44,751 bases of DNA from assembly GCA_965364515.1 (NCBI GenBank), contig CBDTXZ010000003.1, positions 1 through 44,751 on the forward strand, given 5' to 3'. Of this stretch, positions 10,018 through 18,895 are shown piece by piece. Position numbers and translations under genes: made by a program. Under the pieces are notes generated by a model. It did not search any database and was not told the origin of the DNA. It worked only from the letters and a program-made list of their open reading frames with translations. How positions within the stretch are numbered: position 1 is the first letter of the stretch; each line of letters begins with the position of its first letter. Source of the DNA: an uncultured bacterium (GTDB lineage: Bacteria; Actinomycetota; Acidimicrobiia; Spongiisociales; ZC4RG35).

Positions 10018-11087
10018 GCCGCCATCTCCGCAGGAGCTTCCACAGGCGGTGCGGCGCTGCGATGAGCCCGCATCATGGAAAGAGCGGAAGGGACTCCCGC
10101 CGCCACGGGCAGCCAGTGGGAGATCAATCGGTATGCAAGGACTGCCACGACGGCCAGTCCGGCGGGGACGCCGAACGCGGCAAATGTCACCGACAGAGTC
10201 CCTTCGAGGACACCGAGCCATCCCGGCGTCAGCTCGGGGAGCGCCTGAAGCAGGTTGGCGGCCCCGTAGCCGATCAGGAGCACCGCGAAGGAAAGACGGT
10301 GACCGAACGCATCGAAGATCACCCAGAGGGCGAGGGAGTCGAGTGCCCAAGCCGCTCCGCCCCAGAAGGCGACAGGCAGCAGACGGCGCCCCCGCTGGAG
10401 TCGGTGGAAGGCAGTCTGGAAGGCGTCTTCGGGGGATTGATCGGCCTCAAGAGGTGCGTTGGCGCCGGCCGCTCTGTGAGCGATGTGCAGCATGCGGGCT
10501 CTGAGGGCAGGTCGCCGAGCCGCCATGCAGGTGACGGCACCCACCAGCAGCAGGCCCGCCGTAGCAGCGGACGGGACGACGAGGTACCTGGCCGGGACGA
10601 TCGCTGCGGCGACACCCAGTCCAACGCCCGTCACGACCAGAGATCCGAGCGACACCATCGACACCCACCACGAGATGACCATGGACGCAACCGTCACGGT
10701 CCCGGGATTGCCCAAGGAGACCAACGATCGCGCAGCGAACACACTTCCGACCGCACCGCCGCCCGGCACGATCCGGCTGATCGTGAAGGCTCCCATCGAT
10801 ACTCGCACCGAGTCGAGCCGCGAGACCCGCCCCCCGAGTGCGGTGAGGGCGCTCCGGTAGACCTGGGCCAGACACCAGGTCCACGCGACTTCGAGCAGGA
10901 CTGCGACTGCAACGAACTCCAGCTTCGTCGTGGCGAGGAGCACTGCTGCTTCGGCGATCTCTGCCCAGCCGTCTCGGATGAGTTTCGCCAGGAACCAGAT
11001 GGCGCCGACCATCATCGACCATCTCAGCAGGGATGCCGGACGCAGGTGGGTCGACGAGTGATGGAGGATGCGTGCTGTGGTCGTCAT
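10014..11087 (-). CDS. Lysylphosphatidylglycerol synthase TM (flippase-like, YbhN family) protein
   Basis: VPGGG, TPGWLGVLE and AVLAYRLISHWLP motifs; multi-TM. Confidence 0.88.
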   Translation of the reverse strand: MTTTARILHHSSTHLRPASLLRWSMMVGAIWFLAKLIRDGWAEIAEAAVLLATTKLEFVAVAVLLEVAWTWCLAQVYRSALTALGGRVSRLDSVRVSMGAFTISRIVPGGGAVGSVFAARSLVSLGNPGTVTVASMVISWWVSMVSLGSLVVTGVGLGVAAAIVPARYLVVPSAATAGLLLVGAVTCMAARRPALRARMLHIAHRAAGANAPLEADQSPEDAFQTAFHRLQRGRRLLPVAFWGGAAWALDSLALWVIFDAFGHRLSFAVLLIGYGAANLLQALPELTPGWLGVLEGTLSVTFAAFGVPAGLAVVAVLAYRLISHWLPVAAGVPSALSMMRAHRSAAPPVEAPAEMAA

Positions 11088-11124
11088 GGTGCGACCACCG
11101 TCCCGCACATGCCGTCAACCGGCT

Positions 11125-11158
11125 ATCGGGTGCCTCCCCCTGGGGAAGATCCCCCAGG
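11125..11158. promoter_or_regulatory. Tandem 7-4-7 imperfect palindromes, candidate response-regulator operator
   Basis: CTGGGGA-AGAT-CCCCCAG (11140-11157) and ATCGGGT-GCCT-CCCCCTG (11125-11142) just upstream of the five-gene operon. Confidence 0.5.
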
Positions 11159-11166
11159 TGATCACA

Positions 11167-11847
11167 TCAAGGTCCGTGCCCGTCCTGTCGTTCGCCTCCA
11201 GCGATCTCGTCGGGCCTGAAGAACCCTCGCTCGTATGCCCAGGAGGTGAGCTCGTGACGGCTCTGTACCTCGAGCTTGCGGAAGATGTGATCCATGTGGT
11301 TCTCGAGTGTTTTGACACTCATCTCCAAACGGGCAGCACACTCGCGATAGGTGTACCCGCGAGCGATGAGCTCGGTCACCTCACGTTCGCGGGGCGTGAG
11401 GCGCTCGATCCCTGATTCGTCCGTGACGTCTTCGTTGATGTCGAGAAGGTGTCCTGCGATCTCTGAAGAAACGGGACGCCCGCCGGCGAGCACCGATTCG
11501 ATGGCTTCGATGAGGTCGGGTTCCTCGGTTGTCTTCACGATGTACCCCGACACGCCTGCCTCGAACATCCGGGTCACGTCTTCTCGCTTGGTGAGGACCG
11601 TGAAAGCGAGAAAGGGCACCCTTCCCCCCTTCTCCCGCACCTCCCTGATCACCCGTGCCCCACCGCCACCCGGGAGATTGACGTCCAGGAGCACCAGGTC
11701 GGGGTCCCGTTCGAGGATCATCTCGACCGCTGGACCAACAGAATCGGCAGTGCCCGTCACTTCAAAACGCTCAGTGAGGATCGTCGTGGTCCCTCGACGG
11801 GTCACTGGGTGATCCTCGACCACGAAGACACGGGGGCGGTCCGTCAT
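11167..11847 (-). CDS. NarL/LuxR-family response regulator
   Basis: VVEDH, DLVLLDVNLP, GYIVK receiver; LTPREREV..IARGY..VKTLENH..I..KL HTH. Confidence 0.93.
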   Translation of the reverse strand: MTDRPRVFVVEDHPVTRRGTTTILTERFEVTGTADSVGPAVEMILERDPDLVLLDVNLPGGGGARVIREVREKGGRVPFLAFTVLTKREDVTRMFEAGVSGYIVKTTEEPDLIEAIESVLAGGRPVSSEIAGHLLDINEDVTDESGIERLTPREREVTELIARGYTYRECAARLEMSVKTLENHMDHIFRKLEVQSRHELTSWAYERGFFRPDEIAGGERQDGHGP

Positions 11848-12971
11848 TTCACCGGCACCCGGATGGTCACTTCGGTGCCCGCTCCGATTCCGGATTTCAC
11901 GATCACCGAGCCGCCGACCGACTCCACAGGGCCTTTGACCGACATGGCCCATCCGTGGTCGCTCGGCCCTTCATCCGCATTGAAACCCCGACCGCGATCC
12001 CGAACGTGGATCACCGCCGAACCGTCGGAAACCTGGGCATACAGATCGACCTTTTCGACGCCGGCATGTTTTGCGGCATTCGTGAGAGCTTCCCGCGCAG
12101 CGGCCAGACCAGCCTCCAGAGCGGGCGTCATCTCGGCGTCGTCGCGAATCACGTCGGCGATTCGAAGCGATCGATAGAGATCCTCGACACCGTCCCGAAC
12201 CGCCAGCAGCTCCGCACGGAAACTCCGTTCGTGGGGCGAGCGGAGTTCCTCGATGGTCCTGCGCAGTTCGCGCTCCTGCCATCGCGCCAGATAGCGAACT
12301 TGCTTCGGGTCTTCGGCTCCGGTCCTGATCGCCTGCATCGTCTGGAGGACAGAGTCGTGCAGGAGCTGTCCGAGCTTGGCGCCCTGCTCGAGTCGCGCTG
12401 CCTGCCTGCGTTCTTCCATGAGCTGCTTCTCTGCTTCTTTTCGGCGCCGCTCGTGCAGCCGGAGGGCTTCGTAGGCCCACCCTGCAATCAGCCCGAAGAC
12501 GATGAATTGGAAGGTCCCGACGGTCCGTGGCATACCGAGGTTCATCAGATCGTGAATGATGATGTGCTCGAGCGTCAAACCGACTGCGGCCAGCATCGTC
12601 CAGCGAAGGTTGCTCGCGTACGCCACGACGAACAGCCAGGAGCCGGGGTAGCCGCCCGACACGAAGTCCTCGGTGCCTGCAATCCACCCGGCGGCGCCGA
12701 GAGCGAACACGATCACACCATCGCTCAACGCGAACCACGGAGTGTGTAATCGATTCGACTGGGATGCCCAGAGCGTGACGGCCGTCCACAACGTGGCGAC
12801 GATCGCGGCAGTGGCGAGCACGGGTCGGCTTCCCGGTCTGCCCTCGAGGATGACCACACCGATGAGGGCGAGTGCCCACACGCAGGCGAGAAGCCGGAAT
12901 GCAACGACCACCCAGCGCAGAGTCACGTCGACCCCTTGGTCGATGCCCGGGATCCCACTGCGGACGGCCAT
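11844..12971 (-). CDS. Membrane sensor histidine kinase (HisKA_3-type, MacS/PspC-associated-like)
   Basis: TM helices, LHDSVLQT, REALTNAAKHAG, VRDRGRGF, GAGTEV; TATGGT -10-like hexamer 6 nt before ATG; ATGA overlap with the regulator. Confidence 0.9.
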   Translation of the reverse strand: MAVRSGIPGIDQGVDVTLRWVVVAFRLLACVWALALIGVVILEGRPGSRPVLATAAIVATLWTAVTLWASQSNRLHTPWFALSDGVIVFALGAAGWIAGTEDFVSGGYPGSWLFVVAYASNLRWTMLAAVGLTLEHIIIHDLMNLGMPRTVGTFQFIVFGLIAGWAYEALRLHERRRKEAEKQLMEERRQAARLEQGAKLGQLLHDSVLQTMQAIRTGAEDPKQVRYLARWQERELRRTIEELRSPHERSFRAELLAVRDGVEDLYRSLRIADVIRDDAEMTPALEAGLAAAREALTNAAKHAGVEKVDLYAQVSDGSAVIHVRDRGRGFNADEGPSDHGWAMSVKGPVESVGGSVIVKSGIGAGTEVTIRVPVK

Positions 12972-13095
12972 GAACCAACCATATTGAGCGGGAATCAGTG
13001 GTGCCGGCGAATCCAGTGCCAGAGCCGTGTGGCGTCCGTCGAATGCCGACAACGAAATGACGGCCCGGGCGCCGAGCGTTCCCGGCGTCTGCCGC

Positions 13096-13113
13096 ATGGG
13101 GGAGACTCCCCAT
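13096..13113. promoter_or_regulatory. 7-4-7 palindrome, candidate response-regulator operator
   Basis: ATGGGGG-AGAC-TCCCCAT, 57 nt upstream of the SGNH gene start. Confidence 0.5.
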
Positions 13114-13170
13114 AGGCGAGTGTCTCGCCGCGGGAGACCCTCAGTGTGAATCTCTGGAAAGGAGAGAACC

Positions 13171-14085
13171 ATGAGGCGCACACTGACCACGTTGGCCGCC
13201 GCGCTCTTGTTGATCGGCGGTTCATTCGCTCCGGCCGCCGCCGACCCGCCGGATCGATCAATCTACTTGTCGGTTGGGACATCGCTCGCTGCCGGATCGC
13301 AGGCGGACGCTGCGGGTGACACCACCTTCTCGTCGACCGATTCATACACCGATCAGCTGTATCAGCGACTCAAGGGGCGAATCGGGCCCGATCTCGGACA
13401 CGTGAAGCTCGGGTGCCCTGGCGAGACGACCGCCCAGTTCATCGGCGACGTCAATGTCTTCGGTGAGAGCTCCAATTGTGTCGGTTCGTATCAGACGGGT
13501 TCGCAGCTCGGCGACGCTCTGGCAGCGATCGCAGGTGGCAACGTGGTGTTGATCACCATCGACATTGGCGCAAACGACATGACGCAAGCGCAGCAGGTAT
13601 GCGGTGGGGATGTCGCCTGCATCCTCGGAGCCGTCTCGATCATTGCGGAGAACGCCGCACACATCGTGGGCAGTTTTCGAGCTGCCGGCTATGAGGGCCC
13701 GATCGTGGCAATGAACTACTACAACCCACAGGCGGCGACTGCCGTCGGCTACTACCACGGAGTCGCAGGGCGCCAATCGCCCAACATGGAGCTCGCCGAA
13801 CAGAGCGATGTCCTGGCTCGCGGGCTCAACGGTGCTTTGGCCCAGGCGTACGGTGCCTTCGATGTTCCCGTGGCAGACGTCTATGGGGCATTCAATGCTG
13901 GTGACTTCGGTGACGATGCCCCAGTCAACGGCATTCCCGACAACGTCGACACTCTGTGTGCTCTGACCTTCATGTGTCCTGGTGACGAGACCATCAAGGC
14001 CAACTTCCATCTCAACGAGAAGGGATACCGGTTGGTGGCGAAGACGTTCCTCGACGAGGTCGAGGCCTTCGACTTCGGCAAGTAA
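13171..14085 (+). CDS. Secreted SGNH/GDSL hydrolase
   Basis: Signal peptide ending APAAA, YLSVGTSLAAG, LGCPGETT, IGAND, FHLNEKGY; AAAGGAG RBS. Confidence 0.88.
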   Translation: MRRTLTTLAAALLLIGGSFAPAAADPPDRSIYLSVGTSLAAGSQADAAGDTTFSSTDSYTDQLYQRLKGRIGPDLGHVKLGCPGETTAQFIGDVNVFGESSNCVGSYQTGSQLGDALAAIAGGNVVLITIDIGANDMTQAQQVCGGDVACILGAVSIIAENAAHIVGSFRAAGYEGPIVAMNYYNPQAATAVGYYHGVAGRQSPNMELAEQSDVLARGLNGALAQAYGAFDVPVADVYGAFNAGDFGDDAPVNGIPDNVDTLCALTFMCPGDETIKANFHLNEKGYRLVAKTFLDEVEAFDFGK

Positions 14086-14090
14086 TGGCG

Positions 14091-14123
14091 GAGGGGTCGC
14101 AGCCTCGAGCTGCGGCCTCTTTG
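14091..14123 (+). terminator. Probable intrinsic terminator
   Basis: GAGGGGTCGCAGC pairs with GCTGCGGCCTCTT (with G-U pairs), followed by a short T run, right after the SGNH stop. Confidence 0.55.
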
Positions 14124-14273
14124 CAGTTCGACGGGATCGAGGCGACTTGGGGCGATTGCCCATTGTCGTCTGGACGGATATTCGGTAGTGATGATTCGAG
14201 CCATCGACGCGGGAAGCGGACTTCGGCGGTTCCTGCGCCACTGGCTGCAAGGCGCAACTGGAGGTGAAGAACG

Positions 14274-16154
14274 ATGACAGAATCGCGAGCAGTGCTTCGA
14301 GGCTCATCGACAGACGAAGTGGCTGTGCGGCTTCTGGTTGCCTTGGCAGTCGTGGTCCTTGCACAGACGACGCGGATGCTGTTCCCGATCATGTACGAGA
14401 TAGGCGAGGACTGGGACTTCATCCTGGCCGGACTGGTGGCGCTGGGCGCGTTCTCGGCTCCACTGCTCGTGATGATGGTGCCGCGATTGTCCGGTCGGAC
14501 TGCTCTGGTCGGCGGGTCCGGTCTCATGGCCGGCGCCTACCTGGCGGCCCGGATCTCTGATCCCATACCGTCTTGGCTCGCGATCACCGTCGTCGTGTTG
14601 GCTCTCGTCGGGGTGACCGTGATCGGCACCCGATCAGACGTGGCCGCTGTCTTGAGCGCAACCGGTCTGGTTTCTTCGATCGTTCTGGGCATGACGATCG
14701 ATGTCGTCGTCCGTGCACTCTTCGGATCGTGGGACCTGGCATGGCAGCCAGGCACGGCTTCGCTCGTGGTGGTGCTCGCCCTCGCGGCAGGGCTGGTGGG
14801 GTTGGCGGTGCGAGTCGGCGGCGAAATGTCCGCAGTCGATGGACGTCGGATACCAGCGATGATCTGGGTGGGTCTCGGTGGCTACTTCCTGCTCCAGTTG
14901 CTCTTCGTCCAGAACTTCGCTTTCGTCGCTTCTCAAGGCCAGACATCGCAGGCGTGGGCTGTGTTCGCAGTTCTCGTGGCGAATCTCGCAGCGATCGCCG
15001 TCGTGGGGGTGGCCCCGAGCCTCTCGAAACCGCAGCTCGGCGGCGTGGCGGCCGTGGCGGTTGCGTTGGCGTGGGCTGTCTCACTCGTCGAGGGGATCGG
15101 TGCGGTGCTGGTCATCTTTGCGCTCCAGCCCGCGTTGAGCGGCCTGCTCGCGCGAGCTGCAGCCCGAAGCACCGATCGACGAACGTCTGCGTGGAGGATC
15201 CCGCTCGCCGCCGCCGGCGGCAGCGTCCTGTATCTGGCCCTCGTGTTGATCTGGTCCTTGCACATCGATCAGCCATTGCCTGTGCCGCGCCAGACGATTC
15301 CCGCATTCGCAGCGCTGATCGTCGGCATCGCCGCATTGACCGGCGAGGTGAGACCGGAGTCTGGCGGCAGAACGATCTGGCGTCTCGGAGCTCTGTCCGG
15401 GCTGGCGCTGGCCCTGGCAACCCCGATGTTGCTGGTGTTGACGGCACCAGACCTCGGTGAGGCGAACGCCGAAGCGGGTCGCATCGACATCGTGAGCTAC
15501 AACGCTCGTGGATCCGTCGGGATCGACGGGCAGCTGGCTCCCGATGAGACCGCGCGCGAAATACTCACGTCGAATCCCGACGTCGTTGTCATCCAGGAAG
15601 CAGCTCGCGGCTGGCCGATTCACGGCACGTTGGATCTGGTGTCCTATCTGGAGCGCGAACTCGCCATGGAATATGTGTACGTGGCGGCTGCCGATGGGCA
15701 GTTCGGAAACGCCATCTTCTCGAAGCTTCCGATGACCGAGATCAGCCGTGGTGTGTTGCCAAAGGACGGCTCACAAGAGCGCTCCTACGTCCTCGTGAGG
15801 ATCGACACCGGAACGACACCCGTACATGTCGTTGGTACCCATCTCGAGCCTCGGTCGGTCCCGCAGGTGAATGCACTCCTCGAGGCGGTGGTCGACATCC
15901 CGCGGCTGGTGGTGGCCGGCGACATGAACATCGCTCCGAAGGATGCGGAAATCGGACTGTTCGCCGACGCCGGCCTCGTCGACGTGGTCGGCGCCACGGG
16001 TGACGAATGTCGGACGACATCGGCCGAGCCCACCTCTGGCTGTGACCGCCCGGATTGGGTGTTCGTGACCCCCGATCTCGCCATCGAACAGGTTCGAATC
16101 GGGAGTGGTGGAGCATCGGACCATCTGGCCATCCATGTGACGCTGGCCCCGTAG
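14274..16154 (+). CDS. Polytopic membrane protein with C-terminal endonuclease/exonuclease/phosphatase (EEP) domain
   Basis: About 13 TM segments, then SYN, IQE, GNAIFSK, GTHL, AGDMN, DWVF and SDH motifs; GGAGG RBS. Confidence 0.88.
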   Translation: MTESRAVLRGSSTDEVAVRLLVALAVVVLAQTTRMLFPIMYEIGEDWDFILAGLVALGAFSAPLLVMMVPRLSGRTALVGGSGLMAGAYLAARISDPIPSWLAITVVVLALVGVTVIGTRSDVAAVLSATGLVSSIVLGMTIDVVVRALFGSWDLAWQPGTASLVVVLALAAGLVGLAVRVGGEMSAVDGRRIPAMIWVGLGGYFLLQLLFVQNFAFVASQGQTSQAWAVFAVLVANLAAIAVVGVAPSLSKPQLGGVAAVAVALAWAVSLVEGIGAVLVIFALQPALSGLLARAAARSTDRRTSAWRIPLAAAGGSVLYLALVLIWSLHIDQPLPVPRQTIPAFAALIVGIAALTGEVRPESGGRTIWRLGALSGLALALATPMLLVLTAPDLGEANAEAGRIDIVSYNARGSVGIDGQLAPDETAREILTSNPDVVVIQEAARGWPIHGTLDLVSYLERELAMEYVYVAAADGQFGNAIFSKLPMTEISRGVLPKDGSQERSYVLVRIDTGTTPVHVVGTHLEPRSVPQVNALLEAVVDIPRLVVAGDMNIAPKDAEIGLFADAGLVDVVGATGDECRTTSAEPTSGCDRPDWVFVTPDLAIEQVRIGSGGASDHLAIHVTLAP

Positions 16155-16260
16155 GAGGATGCCGGCTCGAAGTGTCGAGTTCCGAGCGTCGAGTCGGCGA
16201 GGCTCGCAAAGGGCAGGCACCCGACTGGAACCACTCGTCCTCCTCCGGCCGAGAGTGGGG

Positions 16261-16896
16261 TCAGGTCGTCGGCTGCGGATCCACGGAATAGATCGCGAGG
16301 TTACCGCCGGCCACGATCTTCTCCTGTTCCACCATGAGATCTGCTCGCTGCACCACGCCGGGGACGCCGCCCGTCTCCCTGAAACTCTCGTATCCCGAGT
16401 GGTGACCAGACAGCCGCTCGATCAGCGCAGACGCCAGACGCAGGACTGGGCCTTTCCAACCTCTGAGAGATCCAAAACGGAAGTCGATGATCATCACTCT
16501 TCCGCTGGGTTTGGTGACACGCGCCATCTCCGCAACGAACGGCTCCCTTTCGGGAGCCGGCACTTCATGGAGCACCATCGACGTCATGACCAGATCGAAG
16601 CGATCGTCTTCGAAGGGGAGGGTGACACCGTCGCTCCGGAGCAGATCCGCTCGGTCTCCCAGCCGCTTCCTGGCCTCCACGAGCATCGCCTCGGACACGT
16701 CGACGCCACTGGCGGCACACCCCGCTTCGACGTACGCAACGAGACCGGTCCCTGTGCCACAGCCGACATCGAGCACCTGCCAGTCCGGCTCCGGCGATAG
16801 GAGATCGAAAGCGACTCTGCGGACTCCCGCCTGGACGGGTTCGATCACCAGGTCGTAGATCGCAGCGATTCGTCGATATGGATCGTCAGCGCGCAT
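16261..16896 (-). CDS. Class I SAM-dependent methyltransferase
   Basis: VLDVGCGTG, GVDVSEAML, LPFEDDRFDLV, LHE, RVTKPSG. Start uncertain (16896 or 16965). Confidence 0.88.
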   Translation of the reverse strand: MRADDPYRRIAAIYDLVIEPVQAGVRRVAFDLLSPEPDWQVLDVGCGTGTGLVAYVEAGCAASGVDVSEAMLVEARKRLGDRADLLRSDGVTLPFEDDRFDLVMTSMVLHEVPAPEREPFVAEMARVTKPSGRVMIIDFRFGSLRGWKGPVLRLASALIERLSGHHSGYESFRETGGVPGVVQRADLMVEQEKIVAGGNLAIYSVDPQPTT

Positions 16897-17080
16897 CGTC
16901 TGCTCGCTCGGTCTTCGCGACGCTCGGCCATGCACGAGTCGAGCGGTCGCCCGGTCTTCGCTCACTGGATCGAAACGCGTCAGCCTTCGCCTGCTCGGGG
17001 ATGCACGCGGGACGACGCCGAGCTCTCGCTGTGGAGAACCGAAGGGCCGGCGGCCGCACAGGTCGGTGACGGGTGTGTAG

Positions 17081-17662
17081 CCTCTGGTCGAGCGTCACGC
17101 CGGCGCGGGTCGTTTCACCCGGGTCGCGTCTGACCTTCGTGAAGCCCTTCAACTCTCTAACCGGTCGAGCCACGGTCGACTCGTGTGCCCATGCCGAGCC
17201 GACGAAGAACGAGGTGTAGTTGTTGGGCGGGCCGCCATCCGGGGTGCCGTCTCTCCAGATGTAGTAGTTCCGATAGGGGTTGTCGCGTGAGCTGCGACTC
17301 TCACGGAACCACGAGTGCTCGTCACCGGTGTGGTTGACCACCAGATCGAGGACGAGCTCGATGCCGCGTTCGTTCGTGGCGGCGAGCATCCGATCGAAGT
17401 CTTCCATGGTGCCGAACTCCGTCATGACCTTGCGGTAGTCGCGAACGTCGTACCCGTTGTCGGCATTTGGGCTGTCGAAGTGCGGGCTGAGCCACACCAC
17501 ATCGACTCCGAGTTCCGCCAAGTGATCCAGTCTCCCGATGATTCCGTTCAGGTCACCGATTCCGTCACCGTCGCTGTCGGCGAACGATCTTGGATAGATC
17601 TGGTAGATCACGACGTCTTTCCACCATGTGGGTGACCGGTGTCTTGTGGACCTCTTCGACAT
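17081..17662 (-). pseudogene. Truncated GH13 alpha-glucosidase joined to a GH3 Fn3-like fragment
   Basis: WWK.VVIYQIYPRSF.DSDGDGIGDL..DNGYD..DLVVNHT..GSAW stops before the catalytic regions, then STVARPVRELKGFTKV..PGET, then non-protein-like sequence. Confidence 0.8.
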
Positions 17663-17842
17663 GCTTCGGAGCCTACGACCGACATCGACGCGAAGACTTC
17701 TGACTGGTCGCCAGAATCGCACGAGGTGATGCATGAGGCGGCTCTATCGGAGTCTGATGGAGAGGGCTTCGAGACAGCTGTCCGACGGCGGCCGCCGAGG
17801 GGGCGACCCTTCGAAGCGCCGGCGGGTGCGTAGAGTCGGATC

Positions 17843-18121
17843 ATGACGCGTTTCTCGATCGATCAGACCCACGACGGGCTTGCGATCCGCGTGACCGAGA
17901 TGGGGGCTGCTGCCGGCCGGCTGCTGGCGGCGTTCCAGGACTGTCAGGACGGACGTTGCGACTGCCCGACGGACGAATACGACAAGGTCTCAGCCCTCGC
18001 CATCGAGTCCGAGCCAGGCGACGCCGTCGCAATGATGCTCGTCTCCAAGCCGGGGGAGCACTTCGACGAGTCCGAAATCGAGGCTTGTCTTCGGCACACG
18101 GTCGCCAAAGTCGAGGACTGA
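17843..18121 (+). CDS. Small acidic Cys-motif protein of unknown function
   Basis: CQDGRCDCPT plus a distal Cys; TAGAGT 6 nt before the ATG suggests a leaderless start. Confidence 0.7.
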   Translation: MTRFSIDQTHDGLAIRVTEMGAAAGRLLAAFQDCQDGRCDCPTDEYDKVSALAIESEPGDAVAMMLVSKPGEHFDESEIEACLRHTVAKVED

Positions 18122-18353
18122 CCCCGCAACACTAAGCCTGACAGCCCTCCGGGATGCATCAGAGCCGGTTTCGAGGCGTGCAACACCCGGATGATCACCT
18201 CGGCTCGTCTCCGGGGCGTCGAGCCCGCTCGCGGGCGGTCTCGATCGGGCCATGTGACCTTCGACTCTCACAGAAGTGCCGTTGGTCCTATAACACGGGA
18301 CTTGGGCCGGGTGCGAGGAGCACAGTCTCCGGCTCGAGAGGAGGTGACTACGC

Positions 18354-18707
18354 ATGACGATGGATTCCGCGATCGTGTTCACGTACTCGAGAGCGGCGCC
18401 GGGCCGGGAAGAGAAGGCGCTTCAGTCGTTCACCGAAGGCATGGCCTTCTTCGGGTCCGCTGCCCACGACGGCAAGTGTGGTGAGCCGATCAGCGTGATG
18501 GGGACGTCTGGTCACAGTTCGATGATCATCCCCGGAGAGTATGAAGCGTTGTCTGCGCTGGTGCGGACCGATGAGTTCCGCGAGCTGTTCACGAAGACCG
18601 TGTTCGCCGTACCCGACATCGGATACGAGATCGCTGCATTCGGAGAAGGGGTGCAGGACTACATGGCGCGCTGGGCCCGCGTCGGAAGCGAGATGGCCCT
18701 GCTCTGA
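18354..18707 (+). CDS. Hypothetical protein
   Basis: Strong AGGAGGTG RBS; protein-like 117 aa with PGREEKA; possible alpha/beta ferredoxin-like fold (inference). Confidence 0.75.
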   Translation: MTMDSAIVFTYSRAAPGREEKALQSFTEGMAFFGSAAHDGKCGEPISVMGTSGHSSMIIPGEYEALSALVRTDEFRELFTKTVFAVPDIGYEIAAFGEGVQDYMARWARVGSEMALL

Positions 18708-18715
18708 CGGTATCG

Positions 18716-18761
18716 CTGTGGCCGGCCGACCGCACTTGTTGCTGTGTTCGACCGGCCACAG
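18716..18761 (+). terminator. Possible stem-loop after the hypothetical gene
   Basis: CTGTGGCCGG ... CCGGCCACAG 10-bp inverted repeat; no U-tract. Confidence 0.35.
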
Positions 18762-18895
18762 GCGCGTCCGGGTCGAGCTTCCGTGTGTCGGTGACGAGGC
18801 CAATGGGTTCCGGCTCACTGATGTTGTCGACAGATGCCGGCTATCTCACGGGATGGAGGTAGCGTCGACGGTTCATCGAGCACCGGGCGAGGGAA

